A stretch of DNA of 64,000 nucleotides from Octopus sinensis (lineage: Eukaryota). Location: contig NC_043006.1 in NCBI RefSeq assembly GCF_006345805.1, forward strand, positions 26,846,001 through 26,910,000, read 5' to 3'. Below, in pieces: positions 36,950 through 50,026 of the stretch. The notes under the pieces are model-generated. The model worked only from the letters and a program-made list of their open reading frames with translations. It was not told the origin of the DNA and ran no database searches. Position numbers and translations under genes: made by a program. Position 1 is the stretch's first letter, and every line of letters starts with the position of its first letter.

Positions 36950-38090
36950 CTTCAATTCTTTTCAAAGGACACCCTCCTTAATCCACCTCTCTACTTCACC
37001 TTCAAACTCACTCCTGGCACATCCCTTCAAGGTATGCTGGTAGCAGCTCAGCTTGTTCTTTAGCATCAGTGGCTCCCCTTTCCAGCACCACTCTACTCTA
37101 AGATGGTTGATTGTGTCCATCCTCATCACTATGTTAATTCCATTTACCATTTGGTCAATCACAATCACTTGCAGCCTCAGTGTTGTTCCCCGCACTGCTA
37201 TCTCCATGTCGCTGCTACCCTTACATCCAATCTCACTGCCATTGACCGCCCAAACACTACTTGTGCCCTTCCATTTTTTGTCACCCTTGGGGTCATGAGA
37301 GATGTCATACAGCCTGTATCTAACCAAGACTTCAACTACGGGCAGTGACTGCACGAGCACCTCTACTTGCTTGCAAGGGAAGTTTGAGAGGCATCAACTT
37401 CCCTATGGCCTTTTCCTTAACTGCAGTTTTGAGCAATACGCCCAGTTTGCCTGCACCGGTAGTAAACAGGTCCAGGCTTCATCTTCACACAGTCCCTCAC
37501 CATGTACGGTCCCTGACATTTGAAGCACTGGCCTATGAATGGTTGCTGTCACTCCATGACAGTTTTCTTAACCCTGTTCTTTACCAGTCATTGCACTACA
37601 TGGCAGGCACCCACAGCTACCATGGCGACTGCCTTCCAACAAGTGTTTTGTGTTGATATGCAGGCTTGAGTGATGAGCTTGCTTACTGCCATTTTCTCGC
37701 TGCCTGGCAGTTGTTGCAGTCGCACTGATATATTGTCAGGAAAGCCATTTACGAAGGCCAGTCATGCCACCTTCTCTTGACCCTCTTTGGTAAAACCAGA
37801 CAGCATAGCCAGTCTCCAAGCCTCTGCAGCATACTCAACAACCTGTTTCCCTGTCCACCTGGCCATTCTCAGCTTAGCAAGCGCAGTATACATTCCCTAC
37901 ATATAGGCTTCCCTCAAGCCCTGCTCGAACTTTGCTGTGCTCAATCGGTCTTCCTTGTCAATCCCAAGGTACAGTGCCAGTGTGCTTCCCTCCAGGTACA
38001 GGGCCATGAGACCTGCTACAGTATCGATGTCTTGTAGCCTGGCCACTATTTTGATCTTACATTGCCTTTGCCATAGAAAGGTCTAACAGC
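36950..38090 (-). mobile_element. Ty3/Gypsy gag-protease-RT-start fossil
   Basis: Minus: gag-like LYLEGSTLALY...LRMARWTGKQV, knuckle-like CFKCQGPYMVRDC, protease-like region, then WCWKGEPLMLKNK...EVERWIKEGVL. Confidence 0.7.
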
Positions 38091-39726
38091 ATCATTACCA
38101 ATCCTCATCTTCACTACCATCACATGGAAAGGGATAACAACAACAAAGAAATATACTTATACATAAGTGCTGAAGTAGTTTGCTGTGTGAGGGAACTGTA
38201 ATGCAGGGAAATAAGAAACGGTTTGCCTACCGCCCAGCTGTACTAAGTCCAAAACTCGTGCCCTGCCCATCGCACCTAATGAAAGTAGCTGCTAATGCCA
38301 ATCCCTCTAGCTTGCTCCCCTCATGTCTGTTTGTGGCAAATGCACCAAGGCAAAAGAGGATAACCCTGGTTTTCCTTCCCTCACTTCCTCTCTCACCCTT
38401 CCTGTTCCAGTCAGGCCCCTTGACCATTGACGTCACAACCCTTTCCTTCTGGCTCCACTCATCCCCACAGTTACTGCTATTTCTATTATTGTAGAATGCA
38501 CCACTGTGCAATGACATTTTCTTAACAAACTAAATTTGTTACCTTGATTTTGAATTACTTAGTTCATCAATGTTTTGAAATAAAGCTTAAATATTATAAT
38601 TTCTGCTTTAATCTCAAGTAAATCATTTAGTAACTCATTATGCCTGCATAAAATAAAAGAATAATTAATGAAATATCATGCTTAAAATGAGTAAAAAGAA
38701 AATGCTGACATGTCTACACTAATAGATATCTATTCATATAGAAATACAATAAGAGGCGTTGTGCTAGAAAGAGCAGTAGAAATCTCTAATTTTCATTCCT
38801 TTCGTGAATTTATCCTTTTTGTGGTCTTGAGATTTCTACTGCTCTTTCTAGCACAATGCTTTCCTATTTGGAAGCCTCTTATTGTATTTCTATATGAATA
38901 ATATATAGTCTAATGACTAATTCGTTTTTTGTGCTAGGCCACTGGTAATAATAATTTGTTATTACACTATTTTATTAATAGATATCTATATAGATTTGTA
39001 GAAGATTTAAGTAAATGATTTCTCCTGGTAACTTCATGTATATAACAGAATGATTAGGAATAATACTCAGGCATGACTGATGCATAAAGACTTAGTGTTA
39101 ATTTCTCGTGACATTGCCAGATTTGCATCTTAAAGATAAGGCTGCTTTCAAGAGCTTGGAAGTTAGCTGATGTTATTCAGTTACTGATGCTTTAATACAA
39201 CCCATATTGGAGTACTAATCACTGATCTATAAACATAAAAAAGTAGCCATTCAGCTAATTTAACAAAGATTATTTACTCAGGAACATATTAAATCCATTA
39301 GTTAGTTAACAAACCTGTTTTTTCTTCTCTCTGCCAGTGTTCTTCCAATACTAAATTGGCTTCTACTTTTTCTTAAGTAGGGAGCTACATACCACCTTCA
39401 AGCAGTGCATTCATTGCCTTTCATAATCTCCACTGCTTTTCATCCATCAAATATTATAGTAATGTAGACTGGAAAAATCCTAAAGAGGGCTGTAGATATC
39501 AAGAATGACTGGGAAATAAATGTTGATCATCTACAGACATTCAAACTCTACATCAATCTCACTAATCTGGGAAGACCCAAATAAGTCATGTGTAGCAATT
39601 CACTACTTTTATGTATAAGCTTCCATTTTTTACCTGTCTTTCTCTAATATAACACATCACTTTTGACAAACTGGAATATATATAATTCTTTCCTTTACTA
39701 CTGTGGCTTCATTGTCATCATCATCA

Positions 39727-39727
<1 letters not shown>

Positions 39728-39757
<30 letters not shown>

Positions 39758-39763
39758 CTTCTT

Positions 39764-39794
<31 letters not shown>

Positions 39795-41619
39795 TCCTCT
39801 TCCTCTTCTTCGTCTTCTTCTTCTTCTTCTTCTTCTTATCCTCTTCCTCTTCTTCGTCTTCTGCTTCTTCTTCTTCTTATCCTCTTCCTCTTCTTCGTCT
39901 TCTGCTTCTTCTTCTTCTTCTTATCCTCTTCCTCTTCTTCGTCTTCTGCTTCTTCTTCTTCTTCTTATCCTCTTCCTCTTCTTCGTCTTTTTCTTCCTCC
40001 TCTTCCTCTTCTTCGTCTTCTTCCTCTTCTTCTTCTTCTACTTCTTCTCCTCCTCCTCTTCCTCCTCCTCCTCCTCTTCTTCTTCCTCCTCTTCCTCTTC
40101 TTCGTCTTCTTCCTCTTCTTCTTCTTCTACTTCTCCTCCTCCTCCTCTTCTTCTTCTCCCCCCTCCCCTCCTCTTCTTCTTCTCTCTTCTTCTTCTCCCC
40201 TCCCCCTCTTCTTCTTCTTTCTTCTCCTCTTCTCTTCTCCCCCCTCCCCCTCTTCTTCTCCTCCTCCTCCTCTCTTCTTCTTCTCTCTTCTTCTCCTCTT
40301 CTTCTTCTCCCCCTCCTCTTCTTCTTCTCTCCTCCTCCTCCTCTTCTTCTTCTTCTTCTCCTCTTTCTCTTCTTGTCTTCTCCTCCTCTTCTTCGTCTTC
40401 TTCTTCTCCTCTTTCTCTTCTTCGTCTTCTCCTCCTTTCTCTTCTTCTTCTTCTTCTTCTTCTCTTTCTCCTCCTCCTCTTCTTCTTCTTCTCCTCTTTT
40501 CTTCTTCTTCTTCTTCTTTTCTCTTCTTCTTCTCCTCTCCTCTTCCTCTTCTTCGGTCTTCTTCCTCTTCTTCTTCTTCTACTTCTTCTCCTCTTCTCCT
40601 CTTCTTCTCCTCCTCCTCCTCTTCTTCTTCCTCCTCTTCTTCTTTCTTCTTCTTCTTCTTCTTCTTCTACTTCTTCTCCTCCTCCTCTCTTCTTCTTCTC
40701 CTCCCCCTCCCCCTCCCCCTCTTCTTCTTCTTCTCCCCCTTCCCCCTCTTCTTCTTCTCCTCCTCCTCCTCTCTTCTTCTTCTCCCCTCCCCCTCTTCTT
40801 CCTCCTCCTCTTCTTCTTCTTCTTCTTCTTCTACTACTTCTTTCCTCTTCTTCTTCTCCCCCTCCTCTTCTTCTTCTCCCCCTCCTCTTCTTCTTCTCCT
40901 CCTCCTCTTCTTCTTCTTCTCCTCTTTCTCTTCTTCGTCTTCTTCCTCCTCTTCTTCTTCTTCTTCTTCTTCTTCTCCTCTTTCTCTTCTTCGTCTTCTT
41001 CCTCCTCTTCTTCTTCTTCTTCTTCTTCTCCTCTTTCTCTTCTTCGTCTTCTTCCTCCTCTTCTTCTTCTTCTTCTTCTTCTCCTCTTTCTCTCTTCGTC
41101 TTCTTCCTCTCTTCTTCTTCTTCTCTTCTTCTCCTCTTTTCTTCTTCCTCCTCTTCTTCTTCTTCTTCTCCTCTTTCTCTTCTTCGTCTTCTTCCTCCTC
41201 TTCTTCTTCTTCTTCTTCTTCTTCTTCTTCTCCTCTTTCTCTTCTTCGTCTTCTTCCTCCTCTTCTTCTTCTTCTTCTTCTCTTCTTCTTCTTCTCCTCT
41301 TCTTCTTCTTTTCTTCTCTTCTTTTCTCTTCTTCTTCTTCTCCTCCTCCTCCTCTTCTTCTTCTTCTTCTTCTCCTCTTCTTCTTCTTCTTCTTCTTCTT
41401 CTTCTTCTCCTCTTTCTCTTCTTCTTCTCCTCCTCCTCCTCTTCCTCTTCTTCGTCTTCTTCTTCCTCTTCTACTTCATTTTCTTCTTCTCCTTCCTCTT
41501 TTTCTTCTACTTCTTTTTCTTCTTCTCCTTCCTCTTCTTCTTCTTCTTCTTCTTCTTCTTATTATTATTATTATTATATTATATTGTTATTATTATTATT
41601 CTGTTGTTGTTGTTGTTGT
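39728..41619. repeat. ~1.85-kb polypyrimidine (CTT/CCT)n tract followed by (TTA)n and (TTG)n
   Basis: Nearly purine-free + strand from 39728 to 41560; source of the S/F/L/P ORFs. Confidence 0.98.
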
Positions 41620-42331
41620 AACTAGACTGTTACTCCTCATATGATGGGTGGCTTTGGAAGTATACTTTTGCTACTGTGGGTAATTTGATAACAGTTATAA
41701 ATATTTTCGTATGTCGTATTTCCTGATATCACTCGTGGTGGCAAAAGTGCATGAATACTATTTTACCAATTGTAGTCATATTCATTTGGAACAATTTGCT
41801 AGAAATTGTTAAGTTAATGAATACCACACTGATTAATGCAAGAAATGCTTACCCTGCTGATGAACAGCTTACTTGAAAAGCATCTTAGAAAACATATATC
41901 CATTACAATAAATATTAACTGTTGCTGAACCTTTTACAGCTACAGCCAACTACTCTGTCTCTCTGATTCTCTCTCTCTCATTGTGTTCACATGTGTGTGT
42001 GAGTGTGTGGCATTTCATTAGAGACCAGTATTTTTACATACATTTCATAATTATTGTGTTTGACATGTGTTGGACTGGTTTGCAGTATGGGCTATTCCTA
42101 ATGTGTCATGATTTCCAGTTTTGTTGTATGTGAGGCTCAACATCTTAAGATCTATCTTTCCTTCCACATCTTGTGCTGCAAGAGCCTTTCACTCTCAGCA
42201 TAACATTTATAAATAAAGACAAAACTAAAAGACAAAGTTTAAATGAAGAATATATCAAATATCTATGCTCAACAGTTTTCTACTTCCCACTAATAATGTT
42301 GATCACCTCCAATGGAAGCAGTACAAAGACT

Positions 42332-42487
42332 CACTAGCATAGCTAGAGTGTGTGCTGTCCAGGGTGGCCCTTCTGTTTGCAAAAATCGCATATTGCCTCT
42401 AAAAAAACACATACTGCCTACAGCAGACCCAAAAGTGCCATCTGGGGTGGACTGCCTCTACCTCCTCCTCCGCCAGCTACGCTAGTG
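42332..42487. mobile_element. Small MITE-like element
   Basis: Terminal inverted repeats CACTAGCATAGCT / AGCTACGCTAGTG around a GC-richer body. Confidence 0.5.
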
Positions 42488-42766
42488 CATAGACCCAATG
42501 TTATAATACACGGCTAAAAGCAACAGTATTTGGTTTACAATATTGAATAACTGCAGGGTATGCTCAAAGTGTAATGAATGTTAATGTTTATTGTGATTTA
42601 TGATAGCATGATGCAAATTAGAGTTGTTGATATTTGTGCTTGTACAGTAACAGAAAATACAATGCTACCATTTGGACTCTTATTTGAGTAACATGTGTGA
42701 AATATAGATTTTTACTTGCTTTTATAATTGAAACTAAGTTTTACTGACAGTTTCTAATTGGTTTAA

Positions 42767-42986
42767 CCCTTTTGTTACTGTATTTATTTTGAGATGCTCT
42801 GTGTTTCTTTCAATTACTTTAAATATAACAAAGAATTTAGTAAAATAACTTAGTTATCATTCAGCTAATTTTAGGAACATAAATTGTGACTAAGGTTTGG
42901 TGGAAGATTTTAATTCAAAGCTTATGAAAACAAGATATTTGTACTCAGAGCCAGAGCCGGTTTCAGCCAGGTTGGTAACGAAAGGG
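42767..42986. mobile_element. piggyBac-type MITE
   Basis: TTAA|CCCTTTTGTTAC...GTAACGAAAGGG|TTAA: TIRs plus TTAA target-site duplication. Confidence 0.9.
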
Positions 42987-43499
42987 TTAAATCTTTAACT
43001 TGGCCAAATTCCCTCTTGATCAAACAACACTTGTGACAAAGATGAACTAAATGTCAGCAGTTGAAATCATTGCTACACAATTTTTTTTTTGGCACTTATC
43101 AACCATTTTCATTATATGTCCATACCTATGTTATCATTTCTCTTGCATACAGAAACTGAGGACTTTATTGCCAGTTGTTTTCTCAGTTACCAACATGTCT
43201 TTCATACAAGTGAACATTATACATCCAATGAATCACATCTGACTTATTTTTATTCAGTTTCTACACATTTTCCACAGATATTGTTTATATTTCACTTCTA
43301 TGATCTGTTACACTCCTCATATGGACTTCATACTGCCTACTTTTTACTAAGAAAGTAATGATCAATTATGTCTAGTGAGCTATCATGGACTTCCACTTCA
43401 AAATTCCATGGTATTTTTTCGTGTATCTTATTGCCTGCAGTGAGTAAAAGTATCTAGTCTTGACTTTCTCCATGCTAAGCAAAATCACTCCCTCAGTGT

Positions 43500-44050
43500 C
43501 ATGTGTTCTCTATAATTTGGCCTTTAGATTTTGAAGTTTGGAATTTCTCTGCAATGCTTTGCAGGCATTTCTATGTGGTTAAGAAGTTCCCTTTGCAACC
43601 ATGTGGTTTTCAGTTTAGTCACACCATGCAATACCACAAGCAAGTATCCTCTACTAAAGCCCCAAATTTGAACCCAACTGAACACCTGTTGAATGAAGTC
43701 TAGAGATGGCTGAACCACGTAGCCTCAAGGCTGACAACTTGTGTGGAATTGGAGGCAGCTTTCCTCAGGGTGTGGACACAAGTGCCAATGGCTTTTGTGA
43801 ACTGCCTCATGCACTCCATGTACTGACTGTGTATGGCCGTTTTGAACACCCAGGGAGGACATACACGGTATTGAACATGTCATGCCCTACAATCTCACTG
43901 TGCTGGATATGCCCACTACCAAAACACATGACAACAGTCCATAGACTGTGGTCAAAGTGCATCCAAGAAATTGATTTTATCAGATTTATCAAAATTTATC
44001 TCTGTCATAATGAAATTAAAACATATTTCACAGTCACATACTTCATGCGT
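43500..44050 (+). mobile_element. Tc1-like fossil (a second fragment at about 49100-49300)
   Basis: APNLNPTEHLLNEV and NPIKQVWEHLDRRL resemble Tc1 SPDLNPIEHLW. Confidence 0.5.
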
Positions 44051-44097
44051 TTCTTTTGCAGGTCAGTGTATATGTATATATATGTGTGTGTATATAT

Positions 44098-44298
44098 GAT
44101 ATAGTGTATATTTAAACACATAAGGAATCCACTTATAGGGATTCTACATGCTAGAAAGAACAGCTAGGTTCTATAACCACAAAAGTTAGGGATTCAAATT
44201 TTATCCCTAATTTTTGTGGTTATAGAACCTAGCTGTTCTTCCTAGTGTGTAGAATCTCTATAAGTGGATTCCTTATGTGATTAAATATACACTATATC
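44098..44298. repeat. Hairpin: 96-bp arms, 9-nt loop
   Basis: 44098-44193 is the near-exact reverse complement of 44203-44298. Confidence 0.92.
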
Positions 44299-44652
44299 GT
44301 ATGACTAATATATAGTCTTTTTGACTATTTTTTTTACACGTTAGACCACTGGAAATGTAAAGTTCAATTAATTTCCATTTCCCTTTGATATGATTAAATA
44401 CTGTGTGTGTGTCTATACATATATATATATATATATATATACATATTTTAAAATATATGTATGAATGAGTGGACAAACAAAAGAAGAACACCAATTTATT
44501 GGGAGCTATACGTATAGATCAAAACAGTTTGATTCAAATTTGTTGGTACTCTTGAGTTTCAAGCATGATGCTAGTCATCAGCCATTCCAAATTCAAAATG
44601 GCTGATGACTAGTACCAAGAGTACCAACGAAATTGAATCAAACTGTTTTAAT

Positions 44653-44695
<43 letters not shown>

Positions 44696-44699
44696 ATAT

Positions 44700-44990
44700 G
44701 GAGGTGCAATGGCCCAGTGGTTAGGGTAGCAGACTTGCAGTTGTAGGATCGCGGTTTCGATTCCCAGACTGGGCGTTGTGAGTGTTTATTGAGTGAAAAC
44801 ACCTAAAGCTCCACGAGGCTCCGGCAGGGGGTGGGGCGATCCCTGCTGTACTCTTTCGCTGCAACTTTCTCTCACTCTTTCTTCTGTTGGCCTGCTTGCT
44901 TAGCCAGCGGGGTGGCGTCATTTGAAGGTTAAAACAATGCAAAGCGCATTGTGACCAGTGATGTGTAGCAACGTCTGATAGCCTGGTGAT
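44700..44990 (+). mobile_element. tRNA-derived SINE inserted in (TA)n
   Basis: TGGCCCAGTGGTTAGG (A box), GGTTTCGATTCCC (B box); partial inverted copy at about 26010-26140. Confidence 0.8.
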
Positions 44991-45889
44991 ATATATATAT
45001 ATATGTATGTATATATATGTATATATATATGAATGTATGTATATATGTGTGCATATGAGTAACTATGTGAATATGTGAATGTATTAGCATCTCCTTAAAT
45101 AATTGCCACTGTCATACAAGAAGCAGTATTGTTCATTTGCAGTCTGTCATGACAATGTGTTCAACCATTGTGCTGTTTGTGTTTGAAGGTCTAAGGAAAT
45201 AATATCTTGCTTGGAAATAGGCAAGAGTTGATAACAGGAAGAACGTCCAGCCATAGAAAATCCAATTCAAAAAATTTCATCTGATCCATGCAAGCATGAA
45301 AAGGTGGATGTTAAAACAACATTGATGATAATGACAATGATGACAACACTGCTGCTGCCAATGATGAAGATAAAGAGGAGGATATTGACCAATTTCGTAA
45401 TGGGAACCAAGTCATCTGTGTGTATAAGATCCAGGGGGTCTCCTTTCCTAAACTCCTGCACTTTTTCTCAAGATCTACAAGTAATTGAAAGGTGATTAGA
45501 ATAGAACTCTAGTGTTTATTATACTGCAGAATGTAGGATTATGTCAAAGGGTTTTTCTTGAATTTTAACAATAAGAAGTACAGTTCTTAACTAAGAACAT
45601 TTGTCAAACCAGAAGACTAACATCACTTTTTCTACATCCTTCTTTAAATTCAAGCTGATTCTGTTCAGTATTAGTTTAATGATTACTTTCAAAACAAGGT
45701 CTATCAGTTTGAGATCTCTCTAAGATGATGTTTTACCATCACTGAGAACAACATCTTCCTGTGCTACCTAATTAACTAGGTCAGTAATTAGCATAGTACC
45801 TGTATGTCGTCATTCTTTCTATGCTTTCATCGCCTTAATTACCTTAATCAATCACAGTAAAACTAAACATGCTGTCTGTCATACCTATA

Positions 45890-45953
45890 CTTCTCATTAA
45901 TCAACATATAGAGTGGTATTTATATTCCACTCTATTTGTTGATTAATGAGAAG
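45890..45953. repeat. Hairpin: 27-bp arms, 10-nt loop
   Basis: CTTCTCATTAATCAACATATAGAGTGG / CCACTCTATTTGTTGATTAATGAGAAG (1 mismatch). Confidence 0.9.
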
Positions 45954-46257
45954 AATATTTATTTGTCTTCTTATCTTTATTGAACTGAAGGAAAAGGCAC
46001 AGTGATGTTTCAGATACATTTCTCTCTGACAGTGCAACAAATAGTGCTGCTTTCAAAATTAACCTATGTTGATAAAAGAAATGGTGGGAGCAAGGAGTTT
46101 GGCCTGTCCTAAGAAATGAATTTTTTATTAATCAAATAAAAGAACAAATATTTGAAATTTTCAAAATATTGACTTCATCTTTGAATTTTACTTCCTTTAG
46201 TAGCTATACTTGATTTGGTAAGGAACGAACTAATCTTTCATTCAACCATATTTATAG

Positions 46258-46363
46258 ATTAATTCCTGTGATCAGAATGTGATGCGTTGTTGTGATATCC
46301 TTGAGTTAAATGCCCTCATTCAACAGGAACTCTTCAAGTTGCTGAATCAATCTGCTGCCGAAG
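46258..46363 (+). CDS. SPATA18: SPATA18/MIEAP exon 2
   Basis: atttatag|...GAAG|gtaagt. INSCDQNVMRCCDILELNALIQQELFKLLNQSAAE(G) vs human [36 protein letters not shown]. Confidence 0.93.
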
Positions 46364-46844
46364 GTAAGTTTTGTGATTCAAAGCTGTTTGATTTTGATCC
46401 TGTTTAGAAATGGATATTAAACTAAGTTAACTTTTCCAAGTACAGGAAATTTGAAATAGTAAATATTCTTTGATTTTGTGAACTAGTTTTAAATGAGATT
46501 AGTGTATTTTGTCTTAAAGGGGATTATTATATAAAAATTCCCATTTAAATTTCTTGGATACATTTTATGTGACAAGTCCTGAGATAAAAATCCATGCTTC
46601 ATCTTTTAGAACCATTTGGCACTTTCTCTCTGGCACAAAAGTATAATTAATTTACTGTCTGCCAAATCATTGTCCATCAGTTTTCTATCAAATCAGCCTT
46701 ATTTGTTTGAAATTTAAAACGAATGGAGCAAAGTGGAATTAATGCAGCAGACTTGATTATCTTAGATTTATCATTATTATTATTGCTCTAAGCTGCTACC
46801 ATTGTTGTTTCAATTCAGTATTTGTATAATTTAAACAGGTTTAT

Positions 46845-47101
46845 GTGCCGGTGGCACATAAAAAGCACCATCCGTTCGTGGCCGTTTGCCAGCTCTGTCT
46901 GGCACCAGTGCGGGTGGCACGTAAAAAGCACCCACTACACTCACGGAGTGGTTGGCGTTAGGAAGGGCATCCAGCCGTAGAAACACTGCCAGATTTGACT
47001 GGGCCTGATGAAGCCTTCTGGCTTCACAGACCCCAGTAGAACCGTCCAACCCATGCTAGCATGGAAAACGGACGCTAAACGATGATGATGATGATGATGA
47101 T
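46845..47101 (+). mobile_element. RTE LINE 3' tail (CpG-rich, young-looking)
   Basis: ...ccgtccaacccatgctagcatggaaaacggacgctaaacgatgatgatg. Confidence 0.8.
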
Positions 47102-47699
47102 GTTTAAGCTGTGTTCATTTGTCTTAAGCCTGTGTCATTTTATTGGTGTGGCCTAGATTCTCTGATTGGTGGAAATCCAACCCTTAGGATTGGTGGAAAA
47201 TTAATGTATTACATTAGACACTTTTTGACAAGCATAGATATTTGCCTGACAGTCCCTGATTGGACATAAATAGTTTCAAAGCTTAACATTGTATAGGATA
47301 CCAAACATTTAAGCAATAGTGGAATGTTGTTTATTACACATACAATTCAGATAATTTGTTGACCTTTTACTTCCATTTGCTCTCACTTTATTCTTTTCTT
47401 CTTACTTTGTCTTCTACATTTTCCTTTTTTTTTCTTTGTTTTTTCTATTCCACTTTTTGTTTTTCTCACTCCCCAAAATGGGCTCTGCTTAAAATGTCAG
47501 AATCTTTTTCTAACAACACACTATTTAACTCTTTATTTAGTGTAGTGTATTACACAAATTGGTAATTGGTCAGAAGAAATTTTTTCAGACATGTCAGTTT
47601 AGTAAGAAGGTTGTATCCCAGCCACATAGTTTTAGGTTCAGTCCCATTGCATGGCACCTTGTGAGTGAATTTGGTAGATGGAAACTGAAAGAAGTTCTG

Positions 47700-48356
47700 G
47701 ACAGTCTCCTTGTTTAAGTTGGATAATGCTGCTATAATCCTTGTCTTCAGTTTATCTTTGGTGTTACAAGGGGTTTTGTTGGGCTCTCGCTCAACTGTGC
47801 CACACACATAATGATCAAGGGGGTTGCAGTGTGGGGAATTAGGTGGCCAGATGTTAGGGGTGATGTGGTCACAGAAATTGTCTGACAGCCATGACCGGGT
47901 TCTCCTGCTTGTGTGGCATGGTGCAAAGTCCTGTTGTTAGACATAGGATTTTCCAGCAGCCATCCTTGTGACCCAGGGCAGTACTACCTCCTGCAGGCCC
48001 CTGTGTCAACTTCTGAGATCATGTGAGAAGATGAGTGGACTCATAACGTCCCCATCACTAGTGATCACTCCAAACACTATGATGTTGACTGGATGTTTGA
48101 TTTTTATCTCTTTCAGTACATGTACTCAAATTACACTATCCAAGATTGACACCCATATCAGAGCTTCTGGCATGAATGCCAAGCAGTACAGAATGTCATT
48201 TCCAAATTTTTGGCTGAGTGAATTGCATCATGATGCCATTTTTCTCACAGATAGTGCCCAACTAACCCTACTACACTGTGTAGTCAACAAAATCAAAAAC
48301 AAACAATGCACAAAATTAAAAATATAAAATGGTGACAATTTCCCCTTCACATCCTG
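47700..48356 (-). mobile_element. maT (DD37D) Tc1/mariner deletion derivative
   Basis: Minus: TA|CAGGATGTG terminus; KHPVNIIVFGVITSDG...QQDFAPCH...WPPNSPHCNPLD; (AG)n at 48396-48455 alongside. Confidence 0.8.
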
Positions 48357-48390
48357 TATATACATACATACATACATACATACATTTATC

Positions 48391-48457
<67 letters not shown>

Positions 48458-49358
48458 CACATTGGCAATGAGGACTGAAGGAAGTTTTTAGCAATTAAAC
48501 AATCACATAATTAGGGATTGCAAAGCCAGAAGATAAAAATAGTGGAGAAATAGAAAGAGAAAATATGATAGATGAATAAAGAAAATGAAAATGAATCAGT
48601 TTGCTTAATTTATTGATCGTGCATCTTGTTTGGGCTAGCAACAACAAGCATCTGAAAACAATGTGCACATGAATTAACATACAAGGGTTGACAAGATTTC
48701 ACATGCGTAAACCAAGGACCGGAGAAACTAACTGCCATGAATTTATAGGGAATCCGTTGATATTGTATGACAAAATGTTCAACCACTAAATTTAACAAGC
48801 TAAGATTTTGGATAATTTTTCATGAAGCTATTACAAATAAAATTAATGTTGTATTTTATTACCCTGACTGTAAAGTTATTGCAGGTTACTGTATATTTAA
48901 AGATTGGTATAACTGGTGATGCTGGAGTTCAAATTTTTCAGGATGCCACTAAGCATTTTACCTGCATGCCAATGATTCTGTCGACTCCCCACCTTAAGGA
49001 CTGTTAATATTGATGTTCCTTCATGTAAGACAGGTATTGATTATTTTATGAATCTAATGCAGTTGGAAATTTACAACATAACTAGAAGGAACTGATGAAA
49101 AGAACACTTTTCACGGAAGATGACTCCCATGCCATACAAACAAGGTTTCACAAACTTGGGAATAAAAAGCACTGAAATTAATCCAATAAAACAAGTATGG
49201 GAACATCTTGATAGAAGGTTATGAACAAGGTTGTCCAAAACTACAGAGCTGAAGGAAATATTGACTGAAAACAAAATTTTATATCAAATTGATAAATGGC
49301 AAAAGCCATACAAGTAGATAATCATACTGTAACTATTTTACTTCTTTTTCTTTTTAAG

Positions 49359-49548
49359 GTGGACTTTATGGTGGAGCAGCTGCTATAAAAACAAAGTTTC
49401 TTCCTTGGTTATCCCATGATTTAATTTCTGGTAATCGAATGTTACTTCCTTCCTTTGGAATGCAACTGAAAGACCATCAATTAACTTATCAGGATAAAGA
49501 AGATGAATTAAGAACTATTCAAGCAGAGAATGCTGCTTCTCAGGACAA
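49359..49548 (+). CDS. SPATA18: SPATA18/MIEAP exon 3
   Basis: tttttaag|...ACAA|gtgagt. GLYGGAAAIKTKFLPWL... vs human GRNDGVETIKSRLLPWL. Confidence 0.92.
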
Positions 49549-50026
49549 GTGAGTAAATAAAATATGCTATAAAGCAATAAAAAATTCTAAATTTATCCAA
49601 ATCAATACGACAGACAAAAAGTTGAAGAGTTAGTTTAGGAAAAGGGTCAGCTCAGAAGCCCGTTGTTTGAAGATGATTAATAAATTCTCTCGTAACTAGT
49701 TACTTATTCATTCTGAAAGGACAAGAGGTTTTTTTTTCTTTCTTTCATTTAGCAATTGTATGTATGAAGTAGGTTGGAAAGGATCATTTTGAGGGGTGTT
49801 TTGCAGAGTGGAATTGAAATCAAAGTTGGCAGTAAATATGGTACCTTGATCAGCAGGGTACTGCTTACAGAGTTAAATTGTTTAAAAAACAGTTGCTAAG
49901 AGGATTTTATAGTATGGGGAAAATATAAACAAAAACATGGTGCTAAAGATCAAATACATTTTTTAACTGTTTAAATGCTTGTAACTTTCAAAGAGTTTAT
50001 TTCTCTATCTATTCTGTATTTGATAG

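Noticed and set aside
39663-41644. Three 420-650 aa poly-S/F/L/P ORFs
   Set aside because: A purine-free CTT/CCT tract cannot encode stops on +; all three frames are open, so this is a compositional artefact.
47005-47030. CTGATGA followed by a small hairpin in an RTE tail (also CTGATGA...GAAA at 41857-41880)
   Set aside because: No GAAA after the stem in the first case and no stems I/II in the second; not hammerhead folds.
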